Positions 9,578 to 18,365 of a DNA stretch of 38,352 nt are shown piece by piece; position 1 is the stretch's first letter; each line of letters begins with the position of its first letter. The translations under genes and the position numbers were made by a program. The notes beneath the pieces are model-generated. The model had not been told where the DNA came from, searched no databases, and saw nothing but the letters and a program-made list of their open reading frames with translations. The DNA comes from a virus (taxonomy: Duplodnaviria > Caudoviricetes): positions 1 to 38,352 of the IMG/VR virus record IMGVR_UViG_3300037440_000188. One strand, written 5' to 3'.

Positions 9578-9892
9578 ATGAAACAAAATACACAGTATAC
9601 CGCAAAAGAAATATTATTAAACGCAGGATTCAACCCCGCCGAAACACTAGGAAAAGTACGCGTAAGAATTGGCGGAATTTCCGGTATAGTGAAGGAAAGC
9701 CATTTAATAAGGACACCAAAAGAAGGTAAACTAGATATTATTGTAGGCGCTGAAAATGTAGAAGTTGAATTAAACGAGGGAGCAGACGAAAGCAGAACGA
9801 GCGAAGAAGCTAAATTAGTTTTAGAGAGTAGAGCAAAAAAACTAGCGAAACAGGCTAAGAGAAACAAGAAAGCCAAAGAAGAAGCAGAATAA
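9578..9892 (+). CDS. Hypothetical protein with a charged C-terminal tail
   Basis: Tightly packed ORF, 104 aa. Confidence 0.7.
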   Translation: MKQNTQYTAKEILLNAGFNPAETLGKVRVRIGGISGIVKESHLIRTPKEGKLDIIVGAENVEVELNEGADESRTSEEAKLVLESRAKKLAKQAKRNKKAKEEAE

Positions 9893-9943
9893 AACCACTC
9901 AGTAGGCCTTTAAGGACTATTTATAATTTACAAAGGTTCCAAA

Positions 9944-10399
9944 ATGGAAACTAAAATATACAACCACAAAGTAAAATTTAAAGTATCTTTAAACAATGGG
10001 GAAACCTTCTACGAGGGTAAAGGCGACTATGTAGAGATTGCCGGGCAACTTTCACCGTGGCAAAGACTTCTAAAATATACAGTAGATAACAAAGTTGAGA
10101 TTACTTCCTTATCCCTTTATACAGATTCCGGACAAACATTTAATTTACCAAGTAGTGGTAAAAATCCCAAATTTAAACCCTTTCGAGATATACAAAAACC
10201 TATAGATTATGATTTAAAGCGGTATGTGGCGCGAGAACTAGACACCACGAGGATAAACGGGGATTTAACATTAGATAATATTGCAGTTTCCGAATGGTTT
10301 ACAGTCATAGAAGCTATTTATCCCGACTACAAATTAGAATTATGGGTAGACGAATTTAATATACAAAATTGTTGGACACTTTGTACCGCTAATAATTAG
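9944..10399 (+). CDS. Hypothetical protein
   Basis: 151 aa ORF in operon context. Confidence 0.75.
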   Translation: METKIYNHKVKFKVSLNNGETFYEGKGDYVEIAGQLSPWQRLLKYTVDNKVEITSLSLYTDSGQTFNLPSSGKNPKFKPFRDIQKPIDYDLKRYVARELDTTRINGDLTLDNIAVSEWFTVIEAIYPDYKLELWVDEFNIQNCWTLCTANN

Positions 10400-10401
10400 A
10401 A

Positions 10402-10749
10402 ATGAAAAAAGTTTACTGGTTAACCAAAATAATAGAACATCCCCAAGAAACTAATACTTTTATAGCCGATGGAGTGCAAATTATTGAGAAAGTAAACGTA
10501 AAGGGGCAAATTACTGATGTAGTAGGTGGCTTTGATAGATTTTCAAAAGTTGGCAAGTTAAATAGAAAAGTTGTTTTAATGACTTATATTAATAATTACA
10601 CAGAACGTAAATTATTAGAACATGGATTAATCCCTTTAGGTGGTAGAAAATCCAATTTAAAAAATCACGTAAATCTTTTTAACGATAAAGATAAAGAATT
10701 GCTTAACAACATAGATGAGTCATTTCCAAATTTACCCGAGGGGGATTAG
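10402..10749 (+). CDS. Hypothetical protein
   Basis: 115 aa ORF tightly packed between its neighbours. Confidence 0.7.
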   Translation: MKKVYWLTKIIEHPQETNTFIADGVQIIEKVNVKGQITDVVGGFDRFSKVGKLNRKVVLMTYINNYTERKLLEHGLIPLGGRKSNLKNHVNLFNDKDKELLNNIDESFPNLPEGD

Positions 10750-10752
10750 AAA

Positions 10753-13272
10753 ATGGCACAGATTTATTTTAATGGCTTCGAATCGGACACAGTAAGTGCA
10801 GAGCCTTCGGGAATAACAAAAAGCAGTGCAACACCTTCTTATACAGTTGTTTCTTCTCCTGTTAAAACAGGCAGTAAAGCTCTACAAATTAATCCTGGTT
10901 CTACAGCTCACTATTTCGCATTTTTCTCTACAGGTTCAAGTGATGGGGATTATAACGTAACAGCACCTATATACTTTGATGTATACGCTGGAGATAGAGC
11001 AGGTATAGTTGGTAGAGCTTATGAAAGTGGCGGAAATTATTATGCAGTTGCGGGTATGCTTAGGGGTGGGAACAGCTTGCGTATAGCTACACTTAATAAT
11101 ACTAGTGAAAGTGTTAAGTCTACATTTACAATTAGTTCTTACAGTACAGACACATGGTATCACTTAAAGCTTTATTTAAGAGGTACAGTAGCAAAGCTTA
11201 GATATTGGGCGGACGGGGATAGCGAGCCGTCAACATGGGCTATTGATACGACACAATCCGATGTAGATAATACCCATACTGGAGCAGGGTTTTATCATTA
11301 TGGGGGTAGTGCAAATTATATAATTGCGGACGATTTAGAAGTTGAGGACAATTTAACACGTGTTTCGGGCGATACCTTTTACCCTGACGGTGACGGTGAC
11401 GTTACTAGTGGTTGGAGGGCAGAAGGTGGCGACTACACAAAGATTGATGAGGAGGGGGCAAATGATGGCGATACAACAAGACTTTATACACCAACGGCAG
11501 GAAATGAAGCAACCTTTACTATACAAAATTCGGCAGACATTGGAGCAAGTGACACAATCAATTCTATTACTGTTCACGCTGTTAATCGTTCTTTAGACCC
11601 TGTTTCAAATACCTTTAAAATAGGTGTAAGAATAGGAAGCACAAACTACTGGGGGGATACAAAAGACACAGACCCTTCAACTTCATATATAGACTTTTCG
11701 CAAGAATGGACTACTAATCCCGCAACAAGTTCGGCATGGACTTTATCAGAGTTAGACTCTTTACAGATAGGAATACAAAAAGGAAATGCCGTGGGTATGG
11801 CTTGTACTCAAATGTACGTTGAGGTTGATTATACGGCGGGGGGTGGTACTGACGCAAATGACGAACGAACAGCAAAAACAACAGGTAAAGATACTTCCAA
11901 TAGCGAACGCCTATCAAAATTAACCGGTACAGATACAAGTAATTCTGACCGTAGCGCTAAACTTATCGGTAACAGTACAGAAATAAGCGAACGTAACGTA
12001 AAAACCATTGGTAAAGATACCTCATTAACCGAAAGGGCCTCTAAAATTACAGGAAAACAAGCCGACAATTCCGAAAAAGAAGCCAAATTAACAGGTATTC
12101 TAACAACTAGCGAAGAGCGTAGCGCCAAAACAATGGGTAAAAGTACCGACGTTAACGAACGTAGTTCGAAGACTATTGGTAAACAGGCTACTAACAACGA
12201 GCGCAGTTCTAAAATTATAGGTACCGAGGGTTCCAATTCCGAACGTAGTTCTAAACTTACCGGTTTAGATACTGATAGTTCCGAGTTTAGCGCTAAATTA
12301 ACGGGTACTTTATCACAAAATAGCGAACGTGGGGCAAAGTTAGACGGTAGGGACACTTTACAATCAGAAAGAAGTACTAAAATACATGGAAAACAAAGTA
12401 CAGCCGTAGAGATTTCGGAAACGCTTGGAAAAACAGATATAGGAGCTAGTAACGTAAGTCTAGGAACTAATAATCTAGTAGGTTCGGGATTTACAGCTAG
12501 TAAACTAGGTTATGTTAGTAAAGCAAGCCTTTATTTATTACCCGCTTCGGGTTCTAATAGAAGATTTAAAATAGTTATAGTTGACGCTAGCGACGGTAGT
12601 ATAGTAACTAATGGAACTTCTAATCCTTCTAGTGCTGTTTCAACCGTACAAAGCGGTTGGTATGATGTTACATTTTCAAATACCCCTATACTTCAAGCCG
12701 GTAGTAGTTATGTAATTGGTATAGTTACTAGTTCGACTTTAAAGCCTGTATTTGACTCAAATGATACTATTCTTCTTTCCGATAGTAGTAATAGTTATTC
12801 TTCACCTACAGCGCCCACGGATAATCCGCCAAGCGTAGGAACGGGTAACGATTATTCCGCATACTTAACTTTTACATCTAGGGAAAACGAGCGTTTCTCT
12901 AAATTGCAAGGCCAAGTTAGTACAAACGATAGCAGGGATTCAAAAATAACCGGAAAATCAAAAATACAAAGCGAAAGAAGTGTAAAAACTACAGGAAGTA
13001 CGACTTCTACGAATGAAAGACCTAGTAAAATAATAGGTAAAGACACTACCGACAGCGAAAGAAATTTTAAAGTAGTGGGTAAGGATACGCAAAGTAGCGA
13101 ACGTGGGGCAAAGTTAACGGGTACCGTTGAAATTGATGTTTCAAGCGAAAGAGGGGCCAAACTGGTAGGTACTCTACCCTTTAGTAGTGATAATCCAATA
13201 GATTGGGAGGACTCAGACCCCCAAACATTTTCTAGTGACGAAGGGAATAAGGAATGGTATTTAAAATATTAA
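10753..13272 (+). CDS. Large Ser/Thr-rich modular fibre or adhesin-like protein (beta-sandwich domains plus a 14-aa repeat shaft)
   Basis: 839 aa. Lectin-like N-terminus (DTWYHLKL...GAGFY...ADDLEV), 13+7 SERxxKxxG repeats and an inserted globular domain. Confidence 0.7.
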   Translation: MAQIYFNGFESDTVSAEPSGITKSSATPSYTVVSSPVKTGSKALQINPGSTAHYFAFFSTGSSDGDYNVTAPIYFDVYAGDRAGIVGRAYESGGNYYAVAGMLRGGNSLRIATLNNTSESVKSTFTISSYSTDTWYHLKLYLRGTVAKLRYWADGDSEPSTWAIDTTQSDVDNTHTGAGFYHYGGSANYIIADDLEVEDNLTRVSGDTFYPDGDGDVTSGWRAEGGDYTKIDEEGANDGDTTRLYTPTAGNEATFTIQNSADIGASDTINSITVHAVNRSLDPVSNTFKIGVRIGSTNYWGDTKDTDPSTSYIDFSQEWTTNPATSSAWTLSELDSLQIGIQKGNAVGMACTQMYVEVDYTAGGGTDANDERTAKTTGKDTSNSERLSKLTGTDTSNSDRSAKLIGNSTEISERNVKTIGKDTSLTERASKITGKQADNSEKEAKLTGILTTSEERSAKTMGKSTDVNERSSKTIGKQATNNERSSKIIGTEGSNSERSSKLTGLDTDSSEFSAKLTGTLSQNSERGAKLDGRDTLQSERSTKIHGKQSTAVEISETLGKTDIGASNVSLGTNNLVGSGFTASKLGYVSKASLYLLPASGSNRRFKIVIVDASDGSIVTNGTSNPSSAVSTVQSGWYDVTFSNTPILQAGSSYVIGIVTSSTLKPVFDSNDTILLSDSSNSYSSPTAPTDNPPSVGTGNDYSAYLTFTSRENERFSKLQGQVSTNDSRDSKITGKSKIQSERSVKTTGSTTSTNERPSKIIGKDTTDSERNFKVVGKDTQSSERGAKLTGTVEIDVSSERGAKLVGTLPFSSDNPIDWEDSDPQTFSSDEGNKEWYLKY
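11863..12402 (+). repeat. 13 tandem 42 nt (14 aa) degenerate coding repeats
   Basis: ER-x-x-K-(L/I/T)-x-G recurs with an exact 14-residue period. Confidence 0.9.
12889..13170 (+). repeat. 7 further 14-aa repeats
   Basis: ERFSK, SRDSK, ERSVK, ERPSK, ERNFK, ERGAK, ERGAK (last spacing is 16 aa). Confidence 0.88.
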
Positions 13273-13292
13273 TTTGTTGATACAATTAAACT

Positions 13293-13994
13293 ATGAGTAG
13301 TGTAACTTCAACTTTACCAACTTCGCGCCGTGGCTATCTAAGTCAAGACGAATTAAAACAAGTAGCCAACATAGTAATTAACGATTCTACGGAAGCCGAC
13401 GACGTTATAGGGCAGGCCGAGGAACTAATAGACGCATTTGTAGGACCGCAGGATACTTGGTTACCTTACGAAGTAACGGGCCTCTTATCTTCTTCGGGTA
13501 GTACTACTTCGCATACTTTGAAAACTTCACACCAAAATGTTTACCATACTGACTACTTTAAAGGTTGCGAAATGGAAATAGTTGGAGGTACAGGAGCCGG
13601 ACAAAGAAAGAGAATTACCGAAAGTACTAAGGCAGGAGTATTAACAACTGACGCCTTTACCGTGGCCTTAGACAATACTAGTTTTTACAGAATTACACAG
13701 GTGGGAAAATTTCCAAGAAGAAAAGACGTACATTTCGATAGCGGAAGTTCTGACAAATATTATAAAACTATCCCGGAACAGGTAAGAAGGGCCGTAGCTT
13801 TTCAAGTTGAGTATATTATAGAAATGGGAGATTCATTTTTTAAAACAGATAAGAACGAGTACCAAAGCGAAAGTATTGGCGATTATTCCTACTCTAAAGG
13901 ACAGTCCGGAGCAGGTATAAACACAATGATAGCGCCTAAAGCTAGAAAAGTACTTAGTGGAATTGTTAATAGGAAAGGCGTAATTCATGTATGA
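13293..13994 (+). CDS. Head-tail adaptor with an inserted beta domain
   Basis: YLSQDEL...QAEELID N-terminus and IPEQVRRAV...SESIGDYSYS C-terminus, as in SPP1 gp15-like adaptors. Confidence 0.82.
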   Translation: MSSVTSTLPTSRRGYLSQDELKQVANIVINDSTEADDVIGQAEELIDAFVGPQDTWLPYEVTGLLSSSGSTTSHTLKTSHQNVYHTDYFKGCEMEIVGGTGAGQRKRITESTKAGVLTTDAFTVALDNTSFYRITQVGKFPRRKDVHFDSGSSDKYYKTIPEQVRRAVAFQVEYIIEMGDSFFKTDKNEYQSESIGDYSYSKGQSGAGINTMIAPKARKVLSGIVNRKGVIHV

Positions 13995-14302
13995 AACACT
14001 TATTAAACCAAACACTAACTTTATACACTTCGCAAGGTAAGGACAAATACGGCCGACAAAGCTATACAACTAGTTCAACCGTAAAGGGTAGATTTCAAAA
14101 GAAAACCATTACCCGAGTTTTACCAAACCAACAGGTAGTAACCGTAGAAGCTACGGCCTATATTCCTTCTAATACAAACGTTTCAAGAGGTGATAGAATA
14201 ACTTACGGTAGTGTAGACTATGAAGTTTTTAATATTAATGAGGCCATAGGTAGAACCGGAAACACTCACCATATAAAATTAGAGCTAACGAAATGGAAAT
14301 AA
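13991..14302 (+). CDS. Head closure (stopper) protein
   Basis: DKYG and RGDRITY motifs, size and synteny. Confidence 0.78.
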   Translation: MKHLLNQTLTLYTSQGKDKYGRQSYTTSSTVKGRFQKKTITRVLPNQQVVTVEATAYIPSNTNVSRGDRITYGSVDYEVFNINEAIGRTGNTHHIKLELTKWK

Positions 14303-14649
14303 GATTAGACACTAGGAGTTTAGAACGTAACCTAAAAAGATTTGAGGAAAAACAACCAAAAGCCACAGATAAGGGAATTAGCGATACAGCCGAAGAAATT
14401 ATGCGACTTTCTCAAAAAGAAGTACCCCACGACACGGGGCAATTGCAAAATAGCGGAGCGGTTGAAAAAGTAGCGAATGCACATTATAAGGTAGGGTATA
14501 ACAAGGTTTATGCTTCACGGTTGCACGAACACCCGGAGTATAATTTTCAAAAAGGTAGAAAGGGCAAATATTTAGAAGACCCTATAAAGACGAATTTAAG
14601 ATTATTATTAAATAAATTAGCTAATGAATTAAAGGAAAGTTTACTATGA
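14293..14649 (+). CDS. HK97 gp10-like neck or tail-completion protein
   Basis: VPHDTGQLQNS, YASRLHE and KYLEDP motifs. Confidence 0.85.
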   Translation: MEIRLDTRSLERNLKRFEEKQPKATDKGISDTAEEIMRLSQKEVPHDTGQLQNSGAVEKVANAHYKVGYNKVYASRLHEHPEYNFQKGRKGKYLEDPIKTNLRLLLNKLANELKESLL

Positions 14650-15023
14650 CACTTATAGAACAGGTAGCAATGTTTTTACAAAATGAGGGAGTAGCTACTC
14701 TAACTACTGATATGTTTTTAAACTATCTACCGGACAATCCGGACAACGTAGTAGCTATAATAGATACAGGAGGAACTGAACCGGACACCTATTTACCTAC
14801 TAGAAGCCCTACATTTCAAATATTAGTTAGAAATAGTAATTATGATAACGGTAAGGCCAAACTAGACGAAATTAGGGACCTACTACACCAAAAAAAGGGT
14901 AATTTAGGCGCAGGGGATACTTATTTTTATTATATCTTTGCAACTGCGGAGGGTGGTAGTATAGGACACGACGTGCAGAATAGGGAAGAATTTAGTATAA
15001 ACTTTAGAGCTAGGACAAGATGA
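14646..15023 (+). CDS. Tail terminator-like protein
   Basis: PDNPDN...PTFQILVR...REEFSINF and synteny. Confidence 0.8.
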   Translation: MTLIEQVAMFLQNEGVATLTTDMFLNYLPDNPDNVVAIIDTGGTEPDTYLPTRSPTFQILVRNSNYDNGKAKLDEIRDLLHQKKGNLGAGDTYFYYIFATAEGGSIGHDVQNREEFSINFRARTR

Positions 15024-15247
15024 AACACAAAGGAAAGTTATATAGAGAGCTTCGCTGTCATGATTGCCGTAAATTAATTTGTTTCGAATATGTTTACGCC
15101 GGACGTGTTTTTTTTGATTGTCCGAGATGTGGAACACCTAACGAGTTCGTATTTAAACACTTGAAAACAACAGAAAACGAGGACAATATAAAGAAAGAGT
15201 TTACAATAGATAGTAATAAGTTAAAAAATAGGGAGGTGAATAATTAA
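15020..15247 (+). CDS. Com-like zinc-finger protein
   Basis: ELRCHDCRKL...DCPRCGTPN matches the Mu Com-family pattern. Confidence 0.7.
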   Translation: MKHKGKLYRELRCHDCRKLICFEYVYAGRVFFDCPRCGTPNEFVFKHLKTTENEDNIKKEFTIDSNKLKNREVNN

Positions 15248-15248
15248 A

Positions 15249-15758
15249 ATGGCTGATGTTACAAACGTAGAATTAGGCCCTTGCGACGTTTCATTTAACG
15301 GTGCAGATATAGGGCATACAAAAGGCGGTGTAGTAGTAACTTACGAACCTATCTACAAAGATATTTCCGTAGATTTATACGGGGAAACTGTAGTAGAAAA
15401 AAGGCTAGTAGGTGAAAAGTTAATGGCTAAAGTGCCTTTAGCTGAATACACAATCGCGAATCTTAGAAATGCTATACCACAATCAACTTTTGCGGGGGCC
15501 GGAAATGCTAGAATTACTTTAGGAGCTAAAGCAGGTAAAAGCGCTTTAGATGATTCCTATCAATTAGTATTACACCCTTCAAGGGAAGGAACTAGAAGAC
15601 ACGATATAGTATTCCACAAAGCTTACGTAGCTAGTACAATCGAAATAAACCACAACAACGAAGACGAAAAAGTAATAGAAGTGGAGTTTCACGCGTTACT
15701 AGATGAAAGTAAGACCGACGGGAACTATCTAGGATTAATCGGGGATTCAACCGCTTAA
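15249..15758 (+). CDS. Major tail tube protein
   Basis: LGP...IGHTKGGV and EVEFHAL motifs. Strong SD. Lies upstream of the chaperone and tape measure genes. Confidence 0.88.
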   Translation: MADVTNVELGPCDVSFNGADIGHTKGGVVVTYEPIYKDISVDLYGETVVEKRLVGEKLMAKVPLAEYTIANLRNAIPQSTFAGAGNARITLGAKAGKSALDDSYQLVLHPSREGTRRHDIVFHKAYVASTIEINHNNEDEKVIEVEFHALLDESKTDGNYLGLIGDSTA

Positions 15759-15790
15759 AAATTTATGGCATTGTAACCAATGTGTTCGCT

Positions 15791-16156
15791 ATGAAAAAAA
15801 CAAAAACAGTACAACTAACAAATAAAGAAGTGGAAGTATCAAAACTACCATTTAAAAAATACGCTGATTTATTAAAACGTATAAAACAACTACCCAAACA
15901 TTTAAGTGACTTTGAGGGTAAAAGTAACGACCAAATATTCCAAATGTTACCTAACTTAATAGCCGAATGTTACGACGATATAGCCGGAATGTTAGAAGTA
16001 GCCACAGGACTTACTAAAGAGGAAATAGACGAATTAGACCTAGTAGAACTTACCGATTTAGTAATAGGAGTATACGAAGTTAATAGATATGCGGAAGTTT
16101 ACGAGAAAATAAAAAAAGCAACAACCCAAACCACAAAGACGGTAAAACCGAATTAA
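15791..16156 (+). CDS. Tail assembly chaperone (lambda gpG-like)
   Basis: Lies between tail tube and tape measure. ATG 15791 is preferred over GTG 15782. Slippery A AAA AAA at 16111-16117. Confidence 0.8.
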   Translation: MKKTKTVQLTNKEVEVSKLPFKKYADLLKRIKQLPKHLSDFEGKSNDQIFQMLPNLIAECYDDIAGMLEVATGLTKEEIDELDLVELTDLVIGVYEVNRYAEVYEKIKKATTQTTKTVKPN

Positions 16157-16476
16157 CGGCGAGCGAAATAGAAGAGTGGACGTATAGGGTTTTAGATTTA
16201 CTAGCTTCGGAATACGGGTGGACTAGAGATTATATTTTCTACAAATTATATTTAGAGGAAGTAATAGAGCTTTCAAATAATATAAAAGAAAGAAGAAACG
16301 ATAACTACCGCGTATTGCTTGCCATTGCACAAAATCCGCACTCTAAAAACCCTAAAGATTTATGGGACATGCTAGACAATGGCGGAACGAAAAAAACAGG
16401 TAGTGAATTTAATAAAACAAGCTTTGAAAACTTTAAGGCAATAATGAGTAAGAACCCTAAGTTTATAGTAAAATAA
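16117..16476 (+). CDS. Frameshift extension of the chaperone (gpT-like, -1 frame)
   Basis: The -1 frame is open from the slippery site to TAA 16474-16476 (…VLDLLASEYGWTRDYI…) and ends 4 nt before the tape measure ATG. Confidence 0.82.
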   Translation, partial: SNNPNHKDGKTELTASEIEEWTYRVLDLLASEYGWTRDYIFYKLYLEEVIELSNNIKERRNDNYRVLLAIAQNPHSKNPKDLWDMLDNGGTKKTGSEFNKTSFENFKAIMSKNPKFIVK

Positions 16477-16480
16477 AACT

Positions 16481-18364
16481 ATGGCATTCGATTTAGGTAG
16501 CGTAATAGCACATATAAAAGCCGACACCTCTAATTTTGAAAAAGGTATAAGTTCGGTAAAAAAACAAACCCAAGGCGTTGGCAAGGCTTTTGCTAGTGCC
16601 TCTAAAACCGCTTCTGTTTTTGCAGGCGTGGGACTAGCCGGTTTAACTCTATTTACCAATAAGTCTATACAGGCTTCTAATGAACAAATAAAGGTAGAAG
16701 CTAAGTTAGATAATTTAATGAGTAATAGGACAGGAACTACAAAGGAGCAGATACAAGCTGTAAAAGATTTAGCTTCGGAGGTTCAAAGTTACGGGATTAT
16801 AGGGGACGAATCAATAATAAACGGACAGGCGCAACTAGCTACCTTTCTACTTAGTTCCGACGCTATAAAAGAGTTAACCCCCGCCATGGCCGATATGGTA
16901 GCACAACAAAAAGGATTTAACGCAACCGGTGAAGATTTTGTAAACGTGGGTAATTTAATGGGTAAAGTAATGGAAGGACAAGTAGGAGCTTTAGGTAGAT
17001 ATGGAGTTTCTTTTAGTGACGCACAAGAGGAAGTTTTGAAAAATGGTAACGAAATGGAAAGGGCCTCTGCGCTTGCGGAAGTCTTGGCGCAAAATTACGG
17101 AGGAGTAAACAAAGCATTAAGGGAAACACCCGAAGGAAGGGCGAAAGCAGCCATGAATAATATAGGGGACGCTATGGAAATGTTTGGAAAAGCTGTAACC
17201 TCTGTCAAAGATAGCATATTGGTAGGATTATTGCCCGCATTGGACGCCTTAATGTTCGCTACTAAGGCACTTTTTACCGGGGATTTAGATGGTGCGTTAA
17301 TGAGGTCATTAGGCATTTATGAAGATGATGAGATAGTTACTAAATTAATGAACATTAGAAGGGCCCTTTTTGGATTAATAGAGTTATTTCAAACGGACGA
17401 TATAGGGAACTTTGGGGAAGCCATGAGAGGTTTAGGCTTTAGCGAAGAGCAAATATCTTTTGTGGGCGTAATGGTTGGTAAACTTCGCGATTTCGGGTAT
17501 TGGGTTACTGCTAACAAGGAACAGATACTAACCTTTTTAAAGGGTATGGCTATAGCTTTCGGAGCTTTAGCAATAATTGGGACCATTACATTTTTAATAA
17601 CTGCGCTACTCAATCCACTAACTTTAATCACTTTAGCGGTTGGGGCCTTATATTTAGCATGGCAAAACAACTTTTTAGGTATACAAGACATAACTAAAAG
17701 CATTTTTGACTGGATTACTAAGCGCGTGGACCAATTCAAAGCATTTTGGGAGCAGTACGGCGAGGATATTACCACGATTGCACAAGGAGCATGGAATATT
17801 ATTTTAGGAATCATACAATACGTATGGAATACCATAGTCGGAATTTTTAAAGTCTTTTCTGCGATACTATCCGGCGATTGGGACGCATTATGGGGCGCTT
17901 TGCAACAACTTAGCAAGAACCAAGGGGAGGCGCTAACAAGGATATTTAGTGGTATATTAGATGTCATTAGCGGACTTTTTGGTATGTGGGTAACCACAGT
18001 ATCCAATTATTTAAGAGATTTATTTAATAAAGCCAAAGAATGGGCCGGTAAAATTAAAGACCAATTAAATAAAATTAATCCTTTCCACAAGTCTTCGCCT
18101 TCTTTAGTTGAAAACGTAATAAAAGGCGTAGGAATTATAAAAGGACAATATAAGAATTTAGGTGGGGCGGTGAATAGTAGTATTTCTTCTTTACCCGGAG
18201 CAGGCGCGGGCGTTGTGCCTAGTACAGCTACAAGCGCGGGTAATTTATCTTTAAATATTAGTATGGACGGCGCATTTATAGGCGACGAACTTAGCGCCAT
18301 GAGAATGGGCGAAAAAATAGGCGACCAAATTATTCGTAAGTTACAAGGAAACGTAAGGTTCTAA
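16481..18364 (+). CDS. Tape measure protein
   Basis: 627 aa, helical and Ala/Gly-rich, MAFDLGSV.A.I.ADTS.F start, Trp/Phe-periodic repeats, hydrophobic segment. Confidence 0.92.
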   Translation: MAFDLGSVIAHIKADTSNFEKGISSVKKQTQGVGKAFASASKTASVFAGVGLAGLTLFTNKSIQASNEQIKVEAKLDNLMSNRTGTTKEQIQAVKDLASEVQSYGIIGDESIINGQAQLATFLLSSDAIKELTPAMADMVAQQKGFNATGEDFVNVGNLMGKVMEGQVGALGRYGVSFSDAQEEVLKNGNEMERASALAEVLAQNYGGVNKALRETPEGRAKAAMNNIGDAMEMFGKAVTSVKDSILVGLLPALDALMFATKALFTGDLDGALMRSLGIYEDDEIVTKLMNIRRALFGLIELFQTDDIGNFGEAMRGLGFSEEQISFVGVMVGKLRDFGYWVTANKEQILTFLKGMAIAFGALAIIGTITFLITALLNPLTLITLAVGALYLAWQNNFLGIQDITKSIFDWITKRVDQFKAFWEQYGEDITTIAQGAWNIILGIIQYVWNTIVGIFKVFSAILSGDWDALWGALQQLSKNQGEALTRIFSGILDVISGLFGMWVTTVSNYLRDLFNKAKEWAGKIKDQLNKINPFHKSSPSLVENVIKGVGIIKGQYKNLGGAVNSSISSLPGAGAGVVPSTATSAGNLSLNISMDGAFIGDELSAMRMGEKIGDQIIRKLQGNVRF

Positions 18365-18365
18365 T

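Noticed and set aside
9900-9922. Small hairpin resembling 7717-7735 (GGCCTT..AAGGA)
   Set aside because: Too short and imperfect to distinguish from chance.
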